64,000 nt of DNA from the human T2T-CHM13v2.0 reference genome, Homo sapiens. The position numbers and the translations under genes were made by a program. A model generated the notes under the pieces. It ran no database searches. It saw only the letters and a program-made list of their open reading frames with translations, and had not been told where the DNA came from. This document shows, piece by piece, positions 1 to 12,336 of the stretch (position 1 is its first letter; every line of letters starts with the position of its first letter). The stretch lies in the NCBI RefSeq assembly GCF_009914755.1, contig NC_060931.1. One strand, 5' to 3'.

Positions 1-869
1 TACTTTGTTTTGCTAAGTATACTATGAAAATTTGATTACCATTTTGACAAATTATGAAAACAATGACATTCTAATTCACGAATTTTAAATGGCCAATGCA
101 ACATGCCTGTAACAGACTGTACTTGTAGCTATAGCACTGGGGAGATTACACATAAGTAAAATCATCTGACTATTTCATTATATGTTTTAGTGTACTCATG
201 CTCAAACATTAAAATGATCTACATATTATTTGATTATAAATGAATTTCCTTTTATTTCACGTTTATTATGCAGTAAGGCCACTATACTGAATTAAAAATT
301 CATATGTAAGTAGCTTTTTATCATTTATTAATTCATTTCAGAATAACAACTAGAGTGTTATAATGTGTTTCTTACAGTAAAAATGTGCATTATGTTTAAA
401 TAGGTTGTGAATCATGGCATAGACCTTCTGATATGTGTTTGTTTCAGTTTGTTTCCCAGATTTCTTACAATTTTGAAGAGGATTTTGTGGATGGGTTGGA
501 GATCAGACTAAAATATTAACAAAGGAATTCTAGTTTTTCTGTTAGGCAGTGGATCCATACATTTAAATGAACTAAGGCCTAACCCACTTTCTATGGGAAG
601 GATGAGAAAAATGACCTTGTTGTTTTTTATTGAAAAACCTACAACCAAAAGCAAACATACAAACAAGACCCCAATTAATTTATCAGTAGCTTATTTTAGT
701 GGAATTACTGATACTAGGGTAGAGGTTAAAAGTACCAAATATTAGTCATATTCCTTTCATAGGTCAAGTAGAAAATAGATATATGTAATAATTTCTATAC
801 AATTTGAATATAAATTTGATAAAATAAAGCATCCAGTTTAGATAAAACTCTAAAACAAAACATCATTAA

Positions 870-1717
870 CTTAAACCTCATTTCTTATAAAATTTTTAAC
901 CAGATGGATCCTGAAATTAAATGTAAAATTTTAAACTATGTGAAACCATTGGAAAAAAGAAAATATGGGAAAATCTTTGGGACCCAGGGTTATGTAATGA
1001 AGTTTTAGAAGTAATACTAATTCTTTGAAGAAAAATTGATAAATTGCATATCATCCTGATTTAAAAAAAAACACCTTTTGGTCTTTGAAAGACTGTAAAG
1101 AGGATGAAAAGAAAAGCCACAGAATGGACAAGTCACAATACCAAATGCTGGTAAGGATGCATAGAAACTGGATCATTCATACATTGCTGGTGAAAATTCC
1201 AGCCACATTGTCAGCCCCTCTAGAAAACCATTAGGCAGATACTTATAAAACGAAATATCTACATAGCCAGGACCAAGACTAAGGTCAGGTAAGTGAGGCA
1301 CTCACCTCTGGTAAATGATTTAAGGAAGGGTGCCAAACATCAGTAATTAAGATAAACGGCACTTTAATGCAATATTTTAAAAAATAAAAATTAATGCAAA
1401 AAAACCCACGATGAACAAACTTCAAAATTTTAAATGAAGATAGGATTATGTGATCCAGCAAATACACTCCTGGAAATTGTCCCGGAAAAATGAAAACATG
1501 TTCACACAAAACCTGTTCATGAATGTTCACAGCAGCTACGGTCCCAAACTGATATTATCACACAAATGTCCTTCAAAAAGATAAAGGGTTAAACATATCG
1601 TGGTACATCTACACAATGGAAACGCTATGTAGTAATAAAAAAGGACAAACTGCCAATGCACATTACAAGTTGGATGAATTTCAAAGACATCATTTTGAGT
1701 GAAGAAAGCCAATCACG
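870..1717 (+). mobile_element. Old L1M (L1MC/L1MD-like) ORF2-end/3'UTR fragment, interrupted by MER96B
   Basis: Degenerate L1 3' motifs: ACAATACCAAATGCTGGTAAGGATGCATAGAAACTGGATC; GTTCACACAAAACCTGTTCATGAATGTTCACAGCAGC; TGAGTGAAGAAAGCCAATCAC. Boundaries approximate. Confidence 0.75.
1268..1446 (+). mobile_element. MER96B-like hAT-Tip100 DNA transposon fragment
   Basis: CAGGACCAAGACTAAGGTCAGGTAAGTGAGGCACTCACCTC...TCAGTAATTAAGATAAA...AATTAATGCAAAAAAACCCACGATGAACAAA resembles the MER96B left end as recalled; it interrupts the L1M. Confidence 0.7.
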
Positions 1718-2271
1718 TGTTTGAAGGTTTTTTTTTTTTTAAATAAAGAATACCCCTTCAGTGATTAGAAGAGACCCAAGATGGAAATAAATATTTTATT
1801 AATTACAGGTCCTGGGAGTGAATGACATGCCTGAAGGTCACATGGAGGTTGGTCAATGAAAAAAGAGAGGGAGGGACCCACAGGCCAGTGCCTTTACTGG
1901 GGCCCAGGGCATGATCTCAATAGGTTTCCTGTGGGAAGCTTTAATTGATGAGTTTAAAGAAAGCAGGCACAACTTTTAGGAGGTCACCCGTGACTGAGAG
2001 GTGGTCATTGTGGCATATCTGCACAGTTCATATGGGGTATGAGGGTTAGCAGGGCCAGTCAAGTAAGTTGTAACTAGCTGTCTCATGGGAAGGTGGTCAC
2101 CAGGAGGCAGTTGTATAAGACAAATGTTTGGACCCACCACACTGGGGACCTGGGGGAGGAGTAGAGCTGGAAACTGTCAAGGGTGACTAGGCCCTGCTTG
2201 TGGTTTGAGAAAGTTAAACCTACATTCACAATGGTGGCTGACACAACATAAAATTATATGAATTCACTATA
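1718..2271 (-). mobile_element. ERVL-class solo LTR (MER76-like)
   Basis: The reverse complement begins TATAGTGAATTCATATAATTTTATGTTG...GGTTTAACTTTCTCA...AGTCACCCTTGACAGTTTCCAG, a MER76/LTR47-type 5' end; ~550 bp. Confidence 0.65.
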
Positions 2272-2544
2272 TAAAAAGTGACATAGAAGCCAAATTCTCA
2301 AGGTTACCCAAGAAAAGGAATAAATTTAGTAACAAAAGAGATACCATGTTTTTCTTGCATATATTTGCAAGAATATATTAATTTGTTATTAAAAAATTAC
2401 TAGTGTATTGGTCCCTCCTCTAGTTCTTAGCATGACAACAGAATCATATGAAGATGTTTTTCCTTCCTAAAGCATATTTACTATTAAAAATTGAGTGCAT
2501 TAGGCTATTTGAATACGAATTACTGAAATAAAATTAAGAAATTG

Positions 2545-2981
2545 CTTTCAAAAAATTTGTATGCTATGTGATTCCATTTATAGAAAATTATTGAAATAAA
2601 ATCATAGAGATGGAGAGAAGTTCAGTAGTTGCTAGGGACAAGAGACAGTGGCTATAAAGGGGTAGCTCATGAGAGCTTCTTTGCAGGGATGGAACAGTGT
2701 AATATTTTTATTTTCATGGTGGTTACACAAGCACATACATGTGATAAAATTGTATAGAACTATACACACTCACAAAGAGTGCATGTAAACTGGTGAAATG
2801 TGAATAAAGTCTGTCATTTAGTTATCGGCATTGACTCAATGACAGTTTCTGGTTTTGACATAATACTATTAATTATACATGTTGTTAACATTAGGGGAAG
2901 CTGGGTGAAGATGAACAGGACTCTATTATTTTTGCAACTTTTAGTGAGTCAATAATTGTTTCAAAATAAATAGTTAAAAAA
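2545..2981 (+). mobile_element. L1MC/L1MD 3' end (probable continuation of the 870-1717 element)
   Basis: TGTGATTCCATTTATAGAAAATT...GGTGGTTACACAAG...ACATTAGGGGAAGCTGGGTGAAG...TTTTTGCAACTT...AAAATAAATAGTTAAAAAA is a typical L1MC/MD 3' terminus. Confidence 0.75.
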
Positions 2982-4215
2982 GAATAGAAGGATAGTTTCT
3001 TAATAAATGTATCTCGACTGGTTACATCATCAATGTGGAAACACCCCTAAATAGTTCTGCCTAATGTGGATCCTATTTAGTAGACTTCAAAAAGAGCTAT
3101 TCTATTTTATAAATATACTTTGTATTGCTTCAGATGGTATGTTTCCTTCCATAGTGCTGCATGTTTTCAGAGCTCTTGTAAAGAACTCTTTCACCTCTGG
3201 GTGAATGCACTACATTAACCAAATTCGGAGTCAGAGAAAAGCTCTGCTCACAGCAGGCCTCAGCTGCTTTGCCTCACTGGAAGGAACTAAGGGTTGCGCC
3301 CATGAGAGTTGGATGTTTTGAGTCAGTGTAATGGTGAAGACTGAGCGATCAACACAGGAGAAAAGGAGATGATCCCAAATCTGAAAGAGTAAACATGACC
3401 AGTTACATTTAAAAAGATACTAAATTGCTTGCAAGATAGTGAAGGTGTTTGAATTATAAATTGGCATCATTAAGACACACCAAAAGATTTAAAGAAAACT
3501 TTCATTATTTTAGTGTCTTTGTTAGAATTATGAAGGCTACAGAGAAGCTCTTCTTTTTGTCATGCTTTAGTAGCATGTTAAAGGTACTTTCATTCACTGC
3601 TGTAGTCATTCATAATTTAGTTCATATTTTAACAACTGCAAGAAAGACATCTTCAGGTGAACTTGCATTGTCTTCAATATGAATTTTAGAAAGTAGTGTT
3701 AGCAGAATGAGAATTATACCCAAAATAAAATTTCTTAAAAAATGATAGAATAGGTTTATTAAAATAAGGCCAATTATAGCTCTTTGCATAGTTATAACAA
3801 AAGTAAATGTATTTTATGTATGATTGCATAAATTTCCCCAGGATTATAAAAGTTTTGCAAATGGCATCTCCTCACTCTAGTTTTCAGATGGTGGTAATTA
3901 GAGAAGATAATTATTTAGGAAATTTCTGTGTCATTATGAATAGAATTAGCTAAACAAATCATGGTTTCCTTTTGGGAATAAAGATAGGAGAATTCTAAGG
4001 ACAATTCTTCTAGCATCAGAAATGGTACTATTACGTCCTGCCACAGTTTTTTAACCTTCTCCAAAAATTGATCACCCTTCAATGGTTTGCTCAACATTTA
4101 ATTAGTTAGATGAACTGAGAAACATATTACCCATCACTAAAAGTTTTATTCCTGTTCAAATAAGAAATTTTTTACTGTAAATTTTCTGAACAGCTTCTCA
4201 GGAGGAATTTTAAGA

Positions 4216-4273
4216 TCGATCTATCTATCATCTATCAATCAATCAATCAATCTATTTATCTACCTTATCTAAT
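4216..4273. repeat. Compound (TCTA)n/(TCAA)n tetranucleotide microsatellite
   Basis: ATCGATCTATCTATCATCTATCAATCAATCAATCAATCTATTTATCTACCTTATCTAA read directly. Confidence 0.85.
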
Positions 4274-4744
4274 CACACACATTTGCAATCTTCATCTGCC
4301 CCTAGTACACCACCACTACACCATCCTTTCTGTTTCTTTATTTCTCAGGCTGTCAGCTGCTTGGAAACAACAATTTAAAAGGCAGTCATCTGGCCAGTGC
4401 ATTCTGTATTACATACGTTTGCGTGTGATTCCATTTATATTTGCCAATTGTGCAAGATGTCATGTATGGAAAGCTTATTAACTGATATCCCATTTCCAGT
4501 ATATTCCACTGATACAAATTTGCATACTGGAAAGCTGCTAGTAAATTAATCCTTAATTTTGTCTTCTTTCTGCCCTTGGTTGTTTTTCTTTATTCTGTTT
4601 ATACTATGAAATTGTTTATTGTGTAGGAAGTAGAGAGAATAAGAGCATGAAGAAGCTGTGTAGATGGCTGCGTAGCTGGTTACTTGGCTGTACCAAAGTG
4701 ATGTTATTTATAGGGACTCTGGAAGTTCAGAATTATACTATGCC

Positions 4745-4925
4745 AAGCTGCCAGCAAGCCTAATTCTCAAGAAACTCTAAGCAGTCTTGTCTAGCCAGTT
4801 GCTAAGGATGCAGTTACTAGGAGAGGTGTAGAGCTGGAAACTGTCAAGGGTGACTGGGTCCGGTTTCTGGTGTAAGAAGGTTAAACCTATACTCACATGG
4901 GGACTGAGACAACATAAATCATGTG
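4745..4925 (-). mobile_element. ERVL LTR fragment (LTR47/MER76-related 5' end)
   Basis: GTAGAGCTGGAAACTGTCAAGGGTGACTGGGTCCGGTTTCTGGTGTAAGAAGGTTAAACCTATACTCAC, closely similar to 2161-2230. Confidence 0.55.
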
Positions 4926-5204
4926 ATATGAAATGATTATATCACATCAGAACTATCACTTCATTCATAGTTCTTCCAGGGGAGACAAAAACCATTGCTT
5001 CTGAGCATTCCATCTTTCACTCTGGAATAAGCAAAATAATGACAGAGTAGAAAACTTATGTATTTAAATATATTATATCCAAACCCATTTCTTTTTCACT
5101 GAAGGTCCACCATTTCTAATGCTCAACCAAGTTTTTGATCAGAGCCTGAGGTCACCAGAACCCCTGGAATAGTATAATTATAAAAGGTTTAAGAAGTAAC
5201 AGAG

Positions 5205-5500
5205 AGTTGGGCACAGTGGCTCACGCCTGTAATCCCAGCACTTTTGGGAGGCTGAGGCAGGCAGATCACGAGGTCAGGAGATCAAGACCATCCTGGATAA
5301 CATGGTGAAACCCCATCTCTACTAAAAATACAAAAAATTAGCCAGGCGTGGTCGCGGGGGCCTGTAGTCCCAGCTACTCAGGAGGCTGAGGCCAGAGATT
5401 GGCATGAACCCGGGAGGCGGAGGTTGCAGTGAGCCGAGATTGCCCCACTGCACTCCAGTCTGGATGACAGAGAGAGACTCCATCTCAAAGAAGAAAAAAA
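5205..5500 (+). mobile_element. Alu (AluSc8/AluY-like), full length
   Basis: Dimeric Alu with GATCACGAGGTCAGGAGATC and GGCATGAACCCGGGAGG; A-rich tail; TSD AAGTAACAG at 5194-5202 and 5503-5511. Confidence 0.95.
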
Positions 5501-6817
5501 CAAAGTAACAGGGGTTGCTATCTGAATGTAACTGTTAATGATGGCAAGAAAGTAGTGCAGGCTGTAAAGAAAAGACTGCCCCAGGGATTATAATTTAGCC
5601 AACTGAGACTTTTAACTGCCTTATTACTCTTTTAAGTGTTTAATGCCACTAAGTTTGAGTCACGTGTGGCTACTCTGAACACGAATTGACTATTTAACAA
5701 GCATCTCACTTGATAGATGTATATGTAAAATTAGGCAAAGTGAAAAGAGCTAAGGAATGATTGTTCTAAGACTTTCTAACAGTAGAACATCTATAAGGGC
5801 ACTTCATTTTATTTTGTGTTGAAGGCATAGTGTGGATAAGAAAGAAGAAAAAGAAAATGTCTTCAAGACATCTTGGATGACGAAACCAATAGTGATGGTG
5901 GAAATTAAATATATATACGTACATATATTTTTGCGGGTTTAATGAATATTCGTCATTTATGAAATTAAAAGCAACTGACAGTTTCAGGTTTTAATAGTTT
6001 ATAACATATTCTTTTGTCAGTATTCAAAACTTTTATCAATTTATGTGAGTGTGCTTGTGTGTGTGTGTATGTACCAGGCAGCTGTTAAGCAATTGCAAAA
6101 TTTTTAGTGATCCCTAAAACATACTTTACATGAGAAAAATGTTTTTCCTTTAGGGGAAGAAACACAATTAAAATCAATTTTATTCCTGCATTCTCCTTGG
6201 ACTTTTAATATTTTAGTTGTCTTCCTTTTTATTAAAAAACCTGAATTTTTATCAGCTGAAAAAAATTGGAGCATAGAAATATTTTATGCAATATTTGAAT
6301 TGCTAATTAAGTGTGGGATTTATTTTAGGACTGTAGTTTCTGAATCAGTGGAAATAACAGCTGTGACTGTTCATGTGGCACTTTTGAGACTCCATACTCT
6401 CAGGCAAAACGTGTAGAGTATAAAATAGACTATCTCTAATATGGGACACTGGAATTCATTATACATTTCTTTTTACACTGAGAAAAACGGACTGAGGTTC
6501 TTATCTGCTGTTAATGTTCATCACAAGACACTTCCCTCCCTGCCACCCCAGCTCTGCTATGTAGGGGAGTTTTATAAAAAGAGCAATTGACTTCCTAAGT
6601 ATTTTCTTCAACTTTAACCCTGTAGAAACTGATTTAAAACCTGAAAGCAATTCTACAGGAAAATATAAAATTGTAATGTGATCTGCATTTTAAAATGGTG
6701 AGTATTTTTCAGGAAATATCTAAAAAATTATAAGGCTGCCTTACATTTACATAAAACAGGCAGTAAATAGGACAAAGTAATGTAATCTGCAAAAGACATT
6801 CATTTGATTCTAGTTTT

Positions 6818-6948
6818 ACCACTATGTGTTCATGGGAATACCTTAAACTCTGTCTTAGTTTGGCCTTATCTGCAAAAATAGGAATAATAATAACTAAAAT
6901 ACAAAAGATTTTCTAAGGAATAAATAAGATGATGTGTCTGGAAGTGAT
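6818..6948 (+). mobile_element. MIR SINE fragment
   Basis: CTTATCTGCAAAAATAGGAATAATAATA...AATAAATAAGATGATGTGTCTGGAAGTG resembles the MIR core/3' part. Confidence 0.6.
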
Positions 6949-7060
6949 TTTTAAAAGCTTTATTGTGATAGAAGTTACATACGTAAAGTCCATCAGTTTT
7001 AAGTTCACAATTCAATGATTATTTATATATTTACAGAATTGTGCAAACACCACCTCAATC
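6949..7060 (-). mobile_element. L1MB/L1ME 3'-terminal fragment
   Basis: AGCTTTATTGTGATAGAAGTTACATAC...TTTTAAGTTCACAATTCAATGATT...TTTACAGAATTGTGCAAACACCACC is the antisense of an old L1 3' end. Confidence 0.7.
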
Positions 7061-7083
7061 TCATGTTTAATTAAACGATTGCT

Positions 7084-7440
7084 GCGGTTGTCACAATTGT
7101 CAGATGGCTCTCCATGCCTCCTGGCCCTTGATGATTCGATCAAGCAACTAACCTAGGGACAGCCCTACATCAGCTGACCTTAGGATATGAACATTATCTG
7201 AGCAGGCCTCATATGAAAACACAGGTCCTTTAACAGCGCAGTTTACTCTGGCTGGTGACTGAGGAAGTAGTGTAGAGAGATTCCAAGTATGAGAGGGGCT
7301 TGACCTGGCTGATTTCTCCATTGCTGAAGTGGAGGGGCTCCTGGGGCAAGGGACAGGCAGTGGCTTCTATGAGCTGAGAGTGGTCCCTAGCCCGTGGCCA
7401 GAAAGAAAATGGAGACCTCAGTCCCTAAAATAAGAATTGA
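7084..7440 (+). mobile_element. MLT1E-like MaLR LTR (partial)
   Basis: GAGAGATTCCAAGTATGAGAGGGGCTTGACC...GGCTTCTATGAGCTGAGAGTGGTCCC...GCCAGAAAGAAAATGGAGACCTCAGTCC are MLT1E hallmarks. Confidence 0.7.
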
Positions 7441-8907
7441 AGTTCAGGTACTTTTGTGGGGGAAGATGTAGGGTGTGCCAGCAGAGGATTGGAGGTTTAG
7501 TAGCCACTAACAGGTGCTTTTTCAAATCTAGCTACCACGGGGGGTCCCTGGAACTTAGTTTCTTAGGGGCAACCTGAGGCCAGGGCAAAGTCAAGTCTTA
7601 GGACTCTCCCATCCAAGAGGAGAGAAGACTGGGGTACTGTTACACCAACTCCAGTAAGCCATTCATTGAGGACTGTTCCCTGACAGTAGTAATAAGCTGG
7701 CACTTCTGGTGTCTGCTGCCCATAAGCAAAGTATCGTTCCAGGGCTTTGAAGAATGAAAACAAACAAACAAACAAACAGTATTTAGAGAGATGCCAGAAT
7801 TGGCAGTGAGAAGTCAGAAGGGGTAAATAAAGGTCTCAGGAATGATGAGATATTGACAGATTCTATTACAGGTGCATTATATTTTTTCCATTTTCAGTTT
7901 TTTTAAAAATGTAAGCTATGTCCTATGGTTTTGAGACATTGTTATCTTTCTCCCACTGTAACTCCTCCTTCTGGTCAGGTGTTCCTGTTGTGTTGTTTTA
8001 GGGCTTAGATCCAAGGAAGCCGTCTTTGGACATTTGACTAAGAGAAAATCTTGCCTGATTATCAGGCATCTAGTGTATGTTTACTGGACTATTTTCCTGA
8101 ATAATTGATTTTGTTTTCTGGTGTATTTGCTTGTATCTCCAACATTTGCATTGCTTTCCAATTATTCTTGCTTTATTTTTCTCAACATTGTAGGCTTCCT
8201 GGTTACTGGATGAATCTGGAATTCTTTGATTCTTTGATGTTAGTTAATACTAACCCATGGCTTGCCATGTTCTATTTTTTTCTCTTGATGCACTTTTCCC
8301 ACCTCTGATTAGTCTTGGATATATAACGAGTTTCACTTTATCCCCAGCCCCTAGAGTAAATGGGTAACAGGAGGGATCTTTGCTTATCAGGCTGGCAGTT
8401 CTGGTTTGAGGTGTGAAGCAGAATCTTACCAATCATTTCCTTCCACACGTATAACTAGTTGAGTTTCAGACTAGGGGAGCTTCACCGTAAGTATTTTATT
8501 TACTGTCAAAATAACTATTAAAATACCCCATTTGGTTTGCATACATATCATAGAGGAATATTTAAAAGAAATAAAAACAAATGAGTCCACTGGAAATATG
8601 GTTTTTGTATAATAATCAAAATTCAAATTATGTGTCATTCTAAAGGTGAAAAACCTGTTGTCTTCAACAAATAGGGAGAGTTTGAAAATAGAGGTATGAT
8701 AAATCACATTTATTGTAGCACTGTTTGCAATAGTGAACATAGTAAAAATTGGAAAATTTAAGCTAATATAGACATGGATAATTAAATTTTCTTAACAAAC
8801 AGAAGATCTATTCATTACAGCATGGTTCAATCTCTAAAAAATCATGTTTAAATGCAAAATGCATGTAGCACAATGAACATTTGCAAATTCCTCTTCTGGT
8901 TCTCAAC

Positions 8908-9285
8908 TGTATTAGTGTGTTCTCTTGCTGCTATAGAGACATACCCGAGACTGAGTAATTTATAAAGGAAAGAGGTTTAATTGACTCACAGTTCCAAAGG
9001 GCTGGGGAGGTCTCAGTACACTTACAATCATGGCAGAAGGGGAAGCAAACATGTCCCTCTTCACAAGGGAGCAGGAGAGAGAAAAATGAGAGCCAAACAA
9101 AGGGGGAAGCCCCTTATAGAACCATCAGATCATTTGAAAACTCCCTCATTACCATGAGAATAGCATGGGGGAAACCATCCCCGTGATTCAGTTACCTCCC
9201 ACTGGGTCCCTCCCACAACACGTGGGGATTATGAGAACTACAATTCAAGATGAGATTTGGGTGGGGACACAGTCAAACCATATCA
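8908..9285 (-). mobile_element. THE1C/D solo LTR (MaLR)
   Basis: TGTATTAGT...GAGATTTGGGTGGGGACACAGTCAAACCATATCA; perfect 5-bp TSD TCAAC (8903-8907 / 9286-9290). Confidence 0.95.
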
Positions 9286-9510
9286 TCAACCGTGCTCATT
9301 AAATTCTTGCTGCCACTTTTTGATGCTTTTCTTGAACTCATCACTCATGGCCTGTCTTAGCTCTGCATTTGCCGTTACCTCTCTCTAGGAGACTTCTCCA
9401 CAGCTGCTGTGCTGTCTGTCTTCTGTACATTATTCAAATCTTTGTTCATCAGTCTAAATGTTTTAGCATGTCCCACTCCAACACTCTTTATTTCCTTATC
9501 TCTCTCTCTA

Positions 9511-9774
9511 TTTTTTTTTTTTTTGAGACAGGAACTCTCTCTATTGCTTAGGCTAGAGTGCAGTGGTGTGATAATAGCTCACTGCAGCCTCAAACTCTTG
9601 GTCTCAAGAGATCTCCCTGCCTCAGCCACCTGAGTAGCTGAGACTACAGGCACGTACCACCATGTCCAGCTAATTTTCTAATTTTTTGTAGAGACAAGGT
9701 CTCACTATGTTGTCCAGGCTGCTCTCAAACTTCTGAGCTCAAGCGATCCTCCCACCTTTACTTTCCAAAGTGCT
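9511..9774 (-). mobile_element. AluJ, slightly 5'-truncated, inserted in an L2 remnant
   Basis: Poly-T, then GAGACAGG...ATAGCTCACTGCAGCCTCAAACTC...GAGCTCAAGCGATCCTCCCACC...CCAAAGTGCT (J-type diagnostics). Confidence 0.9.
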
Positions 9775-9784
9775 TATCCTTTTT

Positions 9785-9963
9785 AAAAAGCAATTATCAC
9801 TTCTTCATAGCATATTGTAAATTTATGTGTTTTGTTCCTCAACTATCATATAAGTCTAAAAAATACAAACTTTATATCGTTTTTCACTGTAAATTCAATT
9901 CCTGGATTATTGTTTAGCACACAGAAAGTGCCGCAAACAAGGTTGTTTAACTAAATGAATGAG
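9785..9963 (+). mobile_element. L2 3'-end fragment
   Basis: Ends TGTTTAGCACACAGAAAGTGCCGCAAACAAGGTTGTTTAACTAAATGAATGAG, a degenerate L2 tail. Confidence 0.55.
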
Positions 9964-12149
9964 TATCTATATTTTAATGTCATTTATTAAAAAATTAAAA
10001 GATTATTTCCACATATGAATTCATATGTATGAATGACACAAGCTTCCATAAGAGACTGAAAAATAAAATTCCGCATCGCAAAGAATGAAAGAAATGACAT
10101 AGGGAGGGGTACTCATGTGGTATTGACTCCCTAACTAATGTACTTTCAATTTAAAAAATCTGAAGTAGATTTGCCAGATGCCTGGATTGGCTAAAGCAGG
10201 GTGATAGGTACTCATGTGTTCATTTTATTAGTCTTTAGATTTTGGGGTGCTTGGAATAATTCAAAATTAAAGCAATTAAATAAAAGACTTCAAGAGAATC
10301 AGAGATTGGCTATGGTAAATTGCTGACTTTTTTTTTCCTCATCTTGCTTTAAATTAACCTTTTTATTGCCTTAGTGATGAAAGAGTACATTTAGTTTTAT
10401 GTGAAAGTGAGCTATAATGAAGATATGGGAATAAAAGAAAGGAAAGTGCTTACACAAAATTAAACTATTGACCTTAAAGCACCAGTAAAGTACATTTTCT
10501 GGCAACAGCATTTTCTGTTTTAAAGTGGAAATCACTACCTATATAGAGAAGTAAAACAGAAAAGAAAATGGAAGGTTTTACCCTTTCCCCCCAAAATTGG
10601 AAGAGGTATTTTGTAAATTCTGGTGATGATTAATTAAAAAAGGAATATAGTCAGTTTTATTAATTTTTAATTAAGACAGCAGGAAAATGTTACATTATGG
10701 TTATATAGTTACGTGTTGCTCAGATTTCATTCAGAAGTCTGTGAAAATTGCATTAGTCATATTGTTAAACTAAACAAAATTTCTCCTGATTAAAATTCTA
10801 TGTTTGCATTTCTTTGCTTTAAGCCTTGTGGAAAACCAATAAGAAAAAAAAAGTTTAGACAATGTCTCTTGGAAATCAGAGACTGAAGCAAAGTTAACAT
10901 TCTCAGGCTTTAGTGGGGGCAATCCCAGGGCTCTATGTGTGAGGGAAGGAGGGAAAACAATTATAAGCAAATGGGATTTGGGATTTGGTGTATTACCAAG
11001 ACAAACAGCCTGAGGAGTCACAGAACTAGTTGCTCAGTCATGTGGAATGTCCCCAGGAGAGGGCTCCTGGAACAGTTTGTCCGTGGTATGGAGGAAGGAA
11101 GAATTTATATGTCAGACACTTATATATTCTGGCTTGCACTGGTCAAAATTTGCACAAAAAGTGTTAACTCCTTTGCACTCATTGGCTTTGCTGTCTGGTC
11201 CAGGGGACAGCAATAGGCAAGCCAGAGCTTCTGGAATTCCAACTGGGTCCAACCTGGGCCCTGGACTCCTGATGCCTTTGCTGCAGCATGTGCGATGGCA
11301 TCCTGTGGCAGTGCTGTCTTCATGACTAGGAGGGCTGAGATACTCTGAGGCATTAGATAATGAGGAGATGGTGAGGAGAAAGAGGATGGATAGTGATGGC
11401 CAGGGCTCTTTGAGCAGGAACGTGAAGCTCGGGGGACAGCTGGATACAAGAAAACCTACCAGGACACAAAAACTGATGGATCGTAAAGAAGTTGAGAGAC
11501 TTAAAAAATGTTAATGGACAGAATTTACCTTAGCTTAAAACTTAAATATGTGGTAATTTCCCTGTGAAAGCATACTGTTACTTTGTTTAATTGGGTTACT
11601 GCATAATGAAAAAAAAAACTAGGAGAGATATTAATCTTGTTGCTGAAACCAAACACTTTAAGCCAAAAAAAAAAATAGTTTGTCAAATGAATTTTTTAGT
11701 GAAGAAGATTTGAATTAGGCTCGGGTTCCATTGTAACTAACCTAGTAGATGACAGTTTCCAGAAGGATTCTGGTAGGGCTCTTTGAAGGACTCATGCAAA
11801 TTACACTTAATTTCTGCAGTGTGAGGTAAGGAAGCTTCTTTCTGAGGAAATGAATTTCTTTTTTTTTCTCACAAAGATCTAGAAATCCTTTCTATACATC
11901 CTCTGGAACCACTTCTGGTGTTTCTTGAGAAAATATTCAGGACTAGCTGCTAAGAGATATCATCCAAATGAACTGACTAAGCCAAAAACTTAAGCTCGAT
12001 ATTGGCATTTTGTCATTGACAGGCTCCCTGAGATGATCTACTCTATATGTTTTTTTCTACAAAGCTTCAACTGCAATATTATATAATAGGGTTAGAATTA
12101 CATTTTTCAGAATAATTGGAAGAATACCTAGAGAATTTTAAATACAGAA

Positions 12150-12336
12150 AGGCAAATGGCTGAGTGCATAGGCTTTGGGGTTCTAGTTCCACCTCACTGG
12201 CTGAGTGACTTTGTGCAAATTTCCTTCTCTCTTAGCATTTGAGGAGTAGGAAGAGAATTATATTTAACTCAGATTTATTGTGAAAATTAAATGAGATGAT
12301 TTATATATAATGACATACATAAGTCCTTGATATAAG
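12150..12336 (+). mobile_element. MIR SINE
   Basis: CACTGGCTGAGTGACTTTGTGCAAATTTC...TTGTGAAAATTAAATGAGATGAT. Confidence 0.65.

Noticed and set aside
1718-4925. Possible paired LTRs of one provirus
   Set aside because: Similarity covers only ~100 bp, the intervening DNA contains L1 and unique sequence rather than ERV internal sequence, and I see no TSD.
7441-7760. Possible additional old ERVL LTR (LTR16/LTR33-like) fragment
   Set aside because: The resemblance is too weak to name or bound without a profile search.
10770-11449. Four overlapping 83-109 aa ORFs in a moderately GC-richer unique region
   Set aside because: No recognisable domain, ORFs on both strands and no convincing splice structure; consistent with chance.
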